From positions 186,248,001 to 186,312,000 of the forward strand of contig NC_042998.1 in NCBI RefSeq assembly GCF_006345805.1: DNA of 64,000 nt. Direction: 5' to 3'. The position numbers and the translations under genes were made by a program. Within the stretch, counting starts at the first letter, position 1; every line of letters starts with the position of its first letter. The notes beneath the pieces are model-generated. The model worked only from the letters and a program-made list of their open reading frames with translations. It did no database searches and was not told where the DNA came from. The stretch is from Octopus sinensis (Eukaryota). Below, in pieces: positions 23,901-36,445 of the stretch.

Positions 23901-26900
23901 GTCAAACATGCACACTGACAGTGCACATCCAGCGAAGCATACTGGCTTCATTTCTTTCAAGCATATGCATGTCCTCAACTGTCACAGCCCATGTTTTACT
24001 GCCATGTAACATAGCTATTCACACACTGGTGTCATACAATCTGCCTTTCACTCTGAGAGAGAGGCCTTTTGTTGGCAGCAGTGGTAGGAGCTCTCTGAAC
24101 TTTTTCCAGCCTAATCTTATTCTTTCAGCTATACTCTCAGAGAATCCACCTCCACTACTAACTTGGTCACCTAGATAACAAAATTATTCATTATATTTCT
24201 TTATAGTAAAAACCATGAGTTAAAAATGTTAATGTATTATAAGATTATTATTATTCTTTTTATTTCATTCCAGTTCTGAAACAGCGGAATTAGATTTAGA
24301 TGGACAAGGTGGTAAGATGTTTCTCCGGGTTCTTCTTAACCTAGTGATGCACAACTATCCTGCAGTTGTATCAGGAGCTCTCCAATTACTCTTCAGGCAT
24401 TTTAGTCAACGGCAAGAGGTTCTTCAAGCTTTTAACCAAGTATGTATCAATTTTACCTTTTTCAAATGCTTTATCTCTCTTTCTGGATGATTTCATTTCA
24501 TTCTTGTGTGTGTGTTAGAGATGTCAGTTTACAACAGATAGGTCTTTACCTTTCTCAGATAATAAACTTGCTTTTTAATTGTAATAAACTACCTTCCTTC
24601 TTGAGTCATGCCAACTCGCAAGGGCTGCTTTCCCAGCATCATGGCGTATATATTCCACACCTGGATGGGATATTGGTCCATCACAGGATTACTCATTTTT
24701 GCCAGCGGAGTGGACTGGAGCAAAGCGAAATGAAGTGTTTTGCTCAAGAATACAACACATTGCCTGGTCCAGGAATTGAAACTACAATCTTACAATCATG
24801 AGTCCAATACCCTTTTTTTTTTTTTTTTTTTTTTTTTACTATCTTCCAATCACAGTATCAGTCAAAGTACTGGATTAGATGTAAATGAGTAACTCACCAC
24901 CCTCAAAAATTGCTGGCTTAAATTAAGAACAGTTAAATTTAATAACTTTTAATTTTAAATTTAATTTTTTAATGACTGAAAACTAAGATTTTGACCAATT
25001 TCGTATTACTGCCAAGGTAAGTAAAACTGATTATAATCTTAGTTTTTCAAAAATCAATTTCTTTGTTTTTTAAGGTCCAACTATTGGTGTCTACAAGCGA
25101 TGTTGAAAACTACAAACAGATTAAACGAGATTTGGATGACCTGCGCTTGTTGGTTGAGAAATCAGAACTGTGGGTGTATAAGGCTAAACCACCCGATGGC
25201 AAAAAGAAGAAAGCTACAAAAGAAGAAAAAGAGGGTGGTTCAAAAAAAGTAAAATTTCAATTAACTTTTTTCCTTCACTTTAATGTTTATTTAACTTTTT
25301 TTTCTCTATTGTGTCATTCATTCAATTGTATTCAAACAGAATGTAAGATGATGCCTTTTTAAAAAAAGTTTCTCATAGCTCATAACCCCCAATTATTTTA
25401 TTAAATCATGAAATAAAGCAGTGAATTGTCATGCTGTCCTAGACCAGCTATAATCAAATAGACCTATGGCATACATGTAATCAGCTGAAAGACTTGGTAC
25501 AACCCTTTGATCTATTGTCTAAGACATAGCATAGTTCTACTGCATACTTCAACATTTTGCATGTTCTTGTACTGGACACTGAAACATAAAGTGTTTAATT
25601 ATATGGGTACATTTTGTATTTGACATTTTGTATTCTCTCTACTATCCAGTTACGCTCTGTATTTGTGTCTTTTTCTGGTACTGATTTTTGACATATTTTT
25701 GTCGTTTTCTGGTATTGATTTTAGGCACAAGAGCTTTTAGTTGATTATACCAGTTCCAGTATATTGCCTGGTTTTTATTTCATCATTCTTGTATGATGTA
25801 AAGTGAACATTGACATAGAAGATGATAATTCATTCTGGCAAAAATAGTGCAAAATATTTCAGTTTGAGTGTACTAATTTCCAATTTGCACCAGTATAAAC
25901 ACACACACACACACACTCCGCATGCACACCACATGCACAAGCATGCACATGCATGCACACACACACACACAAATGATAGGCTTCAATGCAGTTTCCATCC
26001 AGCAAACTTCATTCATAACGTTTGATCACCTGAAAAGCTTTGCTTAAATTGTACTGCAATAAGATCAAATCTATAACTGCATGGTTTTTTGGAAAAAATT
26101 TTGACCAAACAGCCAAGCCTGTATATCCTGTCCATAAAAAGATGGAGCCTTGTGGTACTCCATTAGGGAAATTACAAATTCTGTGTGTTGCTTTTATGCA
26201 TTGCATAAGTTTGGTATCCAGTGTTTTGTGTCATTTCTTAAGGCGATGTTGGCTATTTTGTGTAAGTAGCTGGCAAGAAATGGAATCAAAGCTTTGCTGA
26301 TGTTAATGGTAGTTTGAATGTTGCAGTTGAGGTTATCATGTAACTTCTATGTTGTATAAGTTGTGTGGTGATTGAATGTAGTAACCTGAATATGTGTTGG
26401 ATTTAAAAGAAGGAGTGTGTGAATTAATGATGTGAAGGTTGGGTGGTTTTAACATTTTCAAGATGTGCAGACAAAGTTATGGGTTTGTGTGATACTGCTT
26501 TTCCAGAGGGTTTTGCTGGGCTTCAAAATTGTGATGATTTTGCCCAGTTTTCAGATTATGGGGATTTGGCAGTGTTGGAGTAAGAAATTGTAGATGTTTG
26601 TGAGTGCAATGATTCCTCCAGGCCCTAAGTGTTTTGGTATATAACTGTCTGTTTGTCAAGTCCTGAGACAGTACAACCTGCTACAGTTAGCAGGCAGATC
26701 TCTTTCAATATTTCCCCTACTATCTTAAAAATGTAAAAAATATGAAGTTATTGAAAATGTGATAAATTTTGGGCACAATGATAACCAAATTCTGAAATTA
26801 ATAATAAAATCCTGATATCAATAGATGTTCTTAAACATATTTATCAGCTTGTATTTTGAAAAACCCTTTTAAACAACTTTCTCATCTTACACATTTATCT

Positions 26901-28562
26901 GTTTGCATTTCATAACACAATTTTTCTTCATTCTTTAGGAAAAAAGTGAATCTAAAATGCGAAAACAAAATGCCTGGGTGAGTTAAAGTTTTCATTGGCT
27001 TCTACTTTTAAAATTTTCATGAATAAAACAGTATATAGAAAAATTAAGTTTATCTATTAATTATTTTCAGGCTGCATATATTTTGTGAGCCCTTATTTTT
27101 ATATATAACTGCCATTTTGTTTTTGTCAATGCTCCCAGCACATACTCTTGTACTGTTGATACTAAATTCTACTCATATTCATCCTCATGCAGTATAAACA
27201 CTTTAACCTAGTCTTGCACTAGCTCTGAGAACAGAAGTATTGAGAATATCCATCAATGGGAATATAACAAGCTTGTCTCTCTTAACAATGCGAACACATA
27301 ATTACCATGTGTACCAATGAAGTAGTTTTGTACCAAACTTTCTCTACAAATGAACAACAAACAGATAACCAAGATCTCTTGAATTCACTTCAAAGTTTAG
27401 TCCTCAATCTCTAATGATCTTTCAAAGCAACATCACATATATGTGATATAATCAAAACAAAATCATGATGACTAAATTAACTTTTCAGGTTTAGAAAATA
27501 ATTTAGCTTGGTTACTTGCTGAGTCTACAAAGCACAAGATCCACATGGAATATTGTTGCAATTACATTTACAAATATCTAAATAAAGGCCAGCCAACTTT
27601 TAGTTCATACAATTGAAAAAGCCTGGTTGTTTATAGGATGACCCAATGCATGTATTTGTTGGGGGTGGGGCTGAGTTTGTTCCCCTACCATTGTTTGACA
27701 ACCAATGTTGGTGTATTTATGTCCCAGTAACTTAGTGATTTGGCAAAATGGACTGATAGACTAGGCTTATAAAGAATAAGTCCTGAGATCTATTTCTTCA
27801 ACTAAAGGTGGTGCTCCAGCATGGCCACAGTCAGATGACTGAAACAAATAAAAGAATAAAAGAACATACAGATATAGACTCTTATTAACAGATTGAGTTT
27901 AAATTGATCAAAACATGTTCATGTAAGCATTCAAAAACTTTTTCGTTAATATGGAGCTAATAACTTGAAAAATTATTATGTTATACTTTTCAATGTTGCT
28001 TAAAGAATTCTTATTCATCTTTAATTTTTTTCCTCTCTTTATCTAGGAACTTGGAGCTGATCAAGGCTCAGCTATTGATCTGGGTTTAGGACCTAACATT
28101 GATAAATTAGCAGAAGTTAATTACAAAAAGAAAAAAGAAGTAAGATTTATATTATTTTTATTAAATGCAATGCACATATATATCATCATCATATATATAT
28201 ATATTATTATATATATATATATATATATATATTATATTAAATTAGTTCATTGTTTAAACCTCGCCAAGATAAATATTTAAACCACCTGATGAATGACTGT
28301 AACTCGAAAATTTAAAGAAATTAACAGCCATGAAATGATCGTAGTGTTATATTAATTATATTTTTTTAATAATTTTGTTATATATTTAAATAATATAAAT
28401 TAAATAATCTTATGTATTGGCTTAAGTTTTTCATTGTATGATTTGCCTAATAGTGGTTTTGTCTCTAATTTAATATAATATAATATTTTACTATAAAATT
28501 GGATTCAATCCTAAATCTGATTTTTCCCTGTAAGTTTGGATTTATTCCCTAATATTTATTAT

Positions 28563-28621
<59 letters not shown>

Positions 28622-29688
28622 AAGAGCAATAAAGATTCAAGTTAATTTAAAAAAATTTACTTGAATATGGTACCTAACTTAGATGCACCAAAAAAACTAT
28701 ACTGATTTAAAATACAGTAATGTGGGGTGATTATAAGCGAGAAAGAAGCAACAGAATGGATAGGTTTTTAGTACGATCGTTTCATACAAGGACAGGTTTT
28801 ATTAAAAGTTGCAAAGATTACAGCATATAAACGAGTCCCGTACTCATCAGCTAAAATACATGTAAGTTCTCTAGACATCCTAGTGTTTGAGGCTATACTC
28901 ATGAAGTAATGTAGATAATTAAACAGATTTCTAAAGTTCATTAAAGTTCTTTAAAGAACTTTAATGAACTTTAGAAATCTGTTTATGTTAATTATTATCT
29001 ACATACTTCATGAGTATAGCCTCAAACACTAGGATGTCTAGAGAACTTACATGTATTTTAGCTGATGAGTACGGGACTCGTTTATATGCTGTAATCTTTG
29101 CAACTTTTAATAAAACCTGTCCTTGTATGAAACGATCGTACTAAAAACCTATCCATTCTTGTTGCTTCTTTCTCGCTTATATATATATATATATATAAAT
29201 ATTATTTTTAGGGAATAAAAATTCTGGCATAACAGAGATTCAAATTATTCTCAATGAAGAAATATATATTTTAACTTAGAGATAGTAGGCCCCTACAATC
29301 TCACCAAATAAAAAGAATTTTTATTTTTACTTTAAATACCTACTGTTTTATTACTTGGCAACACGTGTTTCATGAGATGCATCCTCAGGTTCCTAAACAT
29401 TTATCAACATTGATAAAGTGATATAAGGGCCTGATATTGGGGTGGCATTTTGAGAGGGGTTCCATTTGAGAGTGGTTTAGGAACCTGAGGATGCATCTCA
29501 TGAAACACGTGTTGCCAAGTAATAAAACAGTAGGTATTTAAAGTAAAAATAAAATACTTTTTATATGGTGAGATGTAGGGGCCTACTATCTCTAAATTAA
29601 AATATATATTTGTATGTATATATATATATATATTTGTATATATATATATTTATATATGTTTGTATATATATATATTTATATACGTTTG

Positions 29689-29730
<42 letters not shown>

Positions 29731-29929
29731 GTGACCACGTGTGTATCGTTGGTGATTTTCTTTCTCCTTCCTCCCTTCCTAGGACCTTTACTTTTTCTAT
29801 GTTTCTGACGAAGAGCTCTGCTCGAAACATTAAATTCTCCTACTTTCTTTCCTTTCCTAAGCGTCCAATAACACTATACTTGTTCCACGTCCTCGCATTG
29901 TTGTGTTTTCTCTTTGTTCATGTTTGGAT

Positions 29930-29997
<68 letters not shown>

Positions 29998-32900
29998 ATA
30001 TATATATATATTGATATATATGTATGTATCTTTTGGGCAGAGTAGAACATTTTAGTATTTCGTCTCCATTAAGGGAAAATAGATTAAATACAGTTATAAA
30101 GGAGAAATACTTTATTTGGGTGCTTTTATCACATCCTTTGGAAAACATAGTTGTTGGTATTAGAAATAACATGAAATACCTCTACTAAGACAAAGTACGA
30201 AAACCATTTGTCTCAATATGAAGCATAAATTCAAGACGATAAATAAAATATTTTATTATTTACTGATTTTGATAATGTTAAGGCACTTCTTTTAAAAAAA
30301 ATATCCTGTTTCTTCTACAGATCCTATTGCGCCTTACTAAACTGTGTGTCCAAGAAACATCAGAGGGAAATAAAAAGCCAAGGAAACATGAACAACGACT
30401 ACTTAGGAATATGGCTGCTCACTCTGTTGTTTTGGAATTGTTACAAATTCCTTTTGACAAGGTAAGCCTGTTTTGGATTTTATGGATTTTCAAAAAATAA
30501 ACATTACAATGAATTTGTAATTTATTTATCTTTTATTTTTGCTGTTATAATAATGAAATTATTGTATACAGTGCTCAGGTGCAGCACAACTTGTCAAAAG
30601 TGTGTATAAAGTATATGCAGTAATGTACAAATGTCTGGAAAGTGATCAGTGTATGAGTCAGATACATGCTTGTGTGTGTATGGAGGGGGGAAAATTAGGT
30701 ATAGTGTTGGCGAATCTCAGGAAGCATGGAAGTTTTGAAGGATGCAGTGCTCCAACAACTAACAATTGATGCCGGCAGTTTATTCCATACTTCAGCAACT
30801 CTTAGCATGAAAAAATGTTTCTGAAAGTCATGGGAGCTGTGCTGTTTTCTGACTTTGTAAACATGTCCACGGGTGTTAGACAGGTGGAGTTTGAAAAGGT
30901 GCTTAGAGTTATTGTTTGTAAGATGGTTAATAATTTTATGGGTGTCTGCCAAGTCAGCTGCCAAAATATAATTTTGACAATAGCTGAGTGTTTAATGTGG
31001 CTGGAATACTTTTTTTTCTTTTCTTTTCCACTCTAGGCACAAGGCCCGAATTTTTTGTGAAGCGGGAGGGCAGTCAATTAGATCAACTCCAGTATGCAAC
31101 TGGTACTTAATTTATGAACCCCGAAAGGATGAATGGCAAAGTCAACCTTGGTAGAATTTGAACTCAGAACATAAAGACACATGAAATACTGCTAAGCATT
31201 TCGCCCGGCATGCTAATGTTTATGCCAGCTCACCGTCTTCATATGGCTGGAATACTGACAAAGTGAAAGTGGATGGCCTTGTGGTTAGGGTGTTGCACTC
31301 ATCATGGTTTCTGTTTCCAAACTGGTTGGTGTTACATTTCATGTTGCCACAGTCCATTCAACTGTAAATGAGTTCCAACAATAGTTGGGAAGTTAACCCT
31401 GTGATGGACTGGTGTCCCATTCAGTGGGGAGTATTGCAGTCCAGACCTTATACACCATGGAAATCGTGTTAAGCTCTGTTCTTCTGAGACCTAAAACTCA
31501 TGACAGACCTGAGTATTAACAAATATGTTAACACATGATTAAATTTCTAATTCAGATATTGGTTTGTGTTAACATTTAGATTCAATAAAACAGAAAATAT
31601 CTGGGATATGTAATTTCAATGAAATAATATTGCATATTGTTGCACAGACTCAGCTAATGTATATTAGCATGGAAAATAATGCTATAATGATGACATCAAT
31701 TTAATATATTCATTGCTTTTATTCATCAATATCTATAGCCTCTTTGAGGTAGTGGATGGGCAAACCATTAGCATACTGGGCAAAAATGCTTAGCAGCATC
31801 TCATCTGTTTTTACATTCTGAGTTCAAATTCCGTCAACTTTGCCTTTCATTCTTTTGGGGGTTTTGATTACGTCAGTACCACTGCTGTAATCAAACTTAC
31901 CCCATCAATGTAATCAACTTACCTCATCCCCTGGGAGGGGATATTTATGGCTTCTGAAACTCTTAATATGAAATACTAATTTAAGAAATATTTATCTCTC
32001 AGTTCATTGGATCATGTTAAAACACAGAATACTGTGTTATTTTCCACAAGAGCATCTCTCATATGGATTTGTGGTTTATATTACTGGTGTGCAAGAACCA
32101 TCTACTACAGCCACCAGAACTGCCAGATCACATGATTTCAGCTTTTTACGTACCACCGGCACGGGTATCCCAACTACAATTTCCATTTGATTTGTGTGTG
32201 TGTGTGTGTGTGCGTGTGTGTATTGGGAAAAAGTAGAATAGTGTTAGGAAGTCTCAGCTTTGTTACTGGGATGTCAAGACTTAACAGGCCAGGTGGTTTT
32301 TTGCTCTTTTTTAATTATGATTCCCAAAGCAGGTATTCTGAGGAATTTCAACCGTGTTTCGTGATCTGCTACCACAACAGCTCCTTTATAGGATCCAGTT
32401 AGCTCAAGACATCATCAGGAGGAACCACATCCGATTTCGGCCCCTACTCCTCTACCGTTTTGACATGGCTGGGCCCCCACTTTCAGAGGTGTCTTCAGCT
32501 CTGGTGTTGGGTGCATGTCTTCTTTCTTCTTTCTTCTGTTCCCTGGCCTCTTCGATGTAGCGTCAACGAGTGTCAGTGGTTGACTGACTGCCTTGTCAAA
32601 TTTTTCCCTTTAAATATTTTAATATTACCAATGTTGTTTTGCTGGAATTTCAGCAAAAGCTTAAACTTTACAGTTTCTTTAAAATAGTAAAAGTCAAAAA
32701 TCTAAATATTTCAATGTTGAGTGTAAGACTCAATAAACCTGAAATAGTTTTGAAAGTCAAACTTCTAGGCAGATGCTGTCCTCAACTAAGAGCCTTGCAT
32801 TAGTATTTAAAAGTATGCAATCTGCACAGCACAATTTGTACCAGATAATGAATTACCATCCTTCATTAGTGTAATCCCTTCTCCGTGAAGTGATCAAGAT

Positions 32901-33059
32901 AGCTACTATATTTTTAACTCCTAATCCGCCGAGGTTGACTTTGCCTTTCATCCTTTTGGGGTCGATAAATTAAGTACCAGTTACGCACTGGGGTCGATGT
33001 AATCGACTTAATCCGTTTGTCCTTGTTTGTCCTCTCTGTGTTTAGCCCCTTGTGGGTAG

Positions 33060-33091
<32 letters not shown>

Positions 33092-36000
33092 TATCTATTA
33101 CAAAGTTAATCTTTTACATTTATTTCAGAACAAAGATATCCGTATGCATGAAATTATAAGACTGGCTCATGAATTTCTTCAGTGCTTCTGTCTTGGAAAT
33201 CCTGCAAATCAGGTTTTACTTCATAAAGAAGTTGACCTTTTCTTGAACCCAGGAGTAAGTTATTTAAGTCGTTATTTCTACTGTTATACTATATTACTAT
33301 GACAGGCATACTTCAACTTATGTCCTTTTGAGTTAAACCTTTTTCAACTTGAAGTCTTTTTTTTTTGTTTGTTAAGAAGTTAATGAAAAAATAAACATCA
33401 ACTTCAGTTGATTTATTCAACTTAATGTCAGTCTCTGTGAAAGCATATTCAAAAGCATAAAATTATTTCAAATACTTAATACTGGAGAGGCAAATATAAA
33501 ATACATGTGAAAATATGTACAAACAATTTACTAAAATAGATACAGGTTAATAAAGATTTTCAAATGATTTTTTTCTTTTTTTTTTTCCAAGCTAAGTGTT
33601 ACATGTTTTCATCATGCTACTTTAAAGTTTAATATTACTGATATTATGATGCCACTAATCAGTTTCTAGATAATTTTCCCTTGTTTGGCTCTCATAAAAA
33701 AGTATTGTTTTTATATTGAGATCATCTTATGGCTTTTAATTTGATGTAGTAAAGATTGTTTGCCAACTTCACATAGCAGTCCTGGCTTAGGGTGAATGTT
33801 GTTGTAATTTAGCCAAACAATTATTCTGTGCTGATGAAGGAAAATAACCTGGAAATCACGGTACACAGATATTGTTTTGAGCTGAGTGGGGGTACTAGAT
33901 TCCCTTGTTCAAAAATATAAGGACACAGACTGTGTCATATAGTCAGCTGGAGATGATGTCTCCTGGGGCTAAATTCCAACAACATTTGTCCTAAACCAGG
34001 ACTGCCATGTTATGTTGACAAACAATCTTTACTACAAAGTATTGTTGCTGAATATCTCTCATTGTGAATTTTAAAACATAGTAATTTTCTAATCTTAATT
34101 TGATATTTGGTTAAGAAACTTTTTCTTTGTACTCAGATTTAGATAATATCAACATAAAAATTTCTAAGATTTTTTTTATCTTCACTATAATATATTTCAA
34201 GTTATGTAAGTATTCAAGACATATTTACACCACTATAGCATTGCTTGATATCTTTTCATCATTATTGAGTAGCAATATGCATTGTAAAGTATAATCTTAT
34301 TTTATGAAGTATATCATATTAAAAAGATTTATTAAACTATTACTATCTTTTCAATAAAAACCTAAAGTCATAAACTAAAAATTTGTCAGCTTTGTAGTAA
34401 AGATTGTTTGCCAACATAACATGGCAATCCTGGTTAGGACGAATGTTGCTGTAATTTAGCCCCAGGAGATATCATCTCCAGTTGGCTATACAACATGATC
34501 TGTGTCCTTATATTTTCAAATATTGTTTTGTCAGCTTTCAAAGAATTGCTCTAATACTTCAAAAGCATTAGAGCAGTTCTTTTTTCTTTTGATATATCTA
34601 TTTACTGAACCTTTTATTTATCTTAAAATCCTTTTGTGTTCATCTCCTTTCAGTTATTGGAAGCTCAGACAATGAAATCCATTTTTGAAGATAATGTACT
34701 ATTATGCAATGAAATTTCTGAACGAATTGTGCAACATTTTGTTCATTGTATAGAGACACATGGCAGGCACGTTCAGTATCTGAAGTTTCTTCAAACTATT
34801 GTTAAGGCTGAAGGACAATACATCAGAAAAAGTCAAGACATGGTAATGGCTGAGGTAAGGATTTTGCAAGAATCTGACATTACATAAAATCAAAATTATT
34901 TAAAAATTTGTATTTGGAATTGTTTTTAGAATCATATTTCATACAGTTGAAAAATTAAAATATTGGTAAATTTTCATATTTCTAAAGAAATTGAGGGATT
35001 ATATTTTTACTTTTTTATGATGAAATTGTATGCCTGTTTCTTATTTTTTTTAATTTTAGTTTTCAAATACTATATACTCTTGTTGAGAACATATAGTTTT
35101 ATTGACTGTTTATTTCTTTTTTTTTTGCAATAAATAAGGATTTGAATTACTTTTTTGAAAATTGATGAAAAAACCACTTATTGGATTAACCAAAGCCTTT
35201 TTATATTATTTTCCTGACTTTCTGCAGCTTATCAGTGTTGGAGAGGAAGTACTTTTGTTTTACAATGACAAACCATCATTTGATACTCTGGTGCAACTAA
35301 TGCGATCTGAACGTCATCGCTCTGATGAGCGTAGTCCTCTAGCATACCACATCAATTTAGTACAGTTACTAGCTTTGTGTACAGAAGGAAAGAATGTATA
35401 TACAGAAATCAAATGTCACTCACTGCTGCCTTTAGATGATATTGTTAAAGTTGTGACTGATGTAAACTGTATTCCTGAGGTGAGTTACATTTTCATTTTT
35501 TTCAATCTTTGCACAATTACTGGAAACTCTCTCTCTGTAGTTCACCATATACTTTTACCACCAAGAAATTTAGATGAACAATTTCCTTTTTAACAGACAC
35601 AGGGAAAGTGGATCATTTTGCTAAAGAAAAATTGAAAACCCAAAACTAATATCACAATAATTTGAAAGATCAGACTACTGTGAAAAAGTCCCTTTGGTCA
35701 CAAAACATTTTCTTGAAGAACATGTGTACAAATGAGGTTACTTTCACATCTACAGTTATTGAGGAGAAATGAAAAATATACCATTGGATGTGTACTTATA
35801 TAGATTAGCAAGATATACACTAGGTTCATTACATTCTTCTAGCCATTGCTTCCATGAGAGGATACCTGGTGACCACCCTTAATGACACAATTGCATTAAA
35901 TGCTGGCTGGAACTTTTTTTTTTAAAAAGCAGCATTTTGATTGGACATCTATTTTGCTTTGGTGAAAGAGAAAAGTAACTGAACATGAAATAGATTTTAC

Positions 36001-36395
36001 ACCCCACTCCATTGAAGTAAAATAAATGAACCAATCCAAATGACACTTAAAACTCCATTCAATTTTTATTAAATGTAATTATGTTTATATTTATTTATGT
36101 ATGTCATATAACAATTGACTCTAATGCTTTGTGTTTTGCAGGTGAAAATAGCTTATATTAATTTTCTAAACCACTGCTATGTAGATACTGAAGTTGAAAT
36201 GAAGGAAATTTATACGAGTAATCATTTATGGACATTGTTTGAAAACTTTTTACTTGACATGGCCATTGTAAGTAAATAATGAACCTTTAGTTTTTTTTAC
36301 ATCCTTACTTCTATTAACATTGTGTCACTTGACTACTTTCTTTCTTCAAAACTTAATTCTAATCTTATATATAAATTTTGTGGTTGCTTATTTTT

Positions 36396-36445
<50 letters not shown>

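Larger units (their letters stand above)
28732..29181. repeat. 450-bp near-perfect palindrome with no spacer
   Basis: Centre AGTTCTTT|AAAGAACT between 28952/28953; arms 221 and 229 bp differ only by three small indels by eye. Confidence 0.97.
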
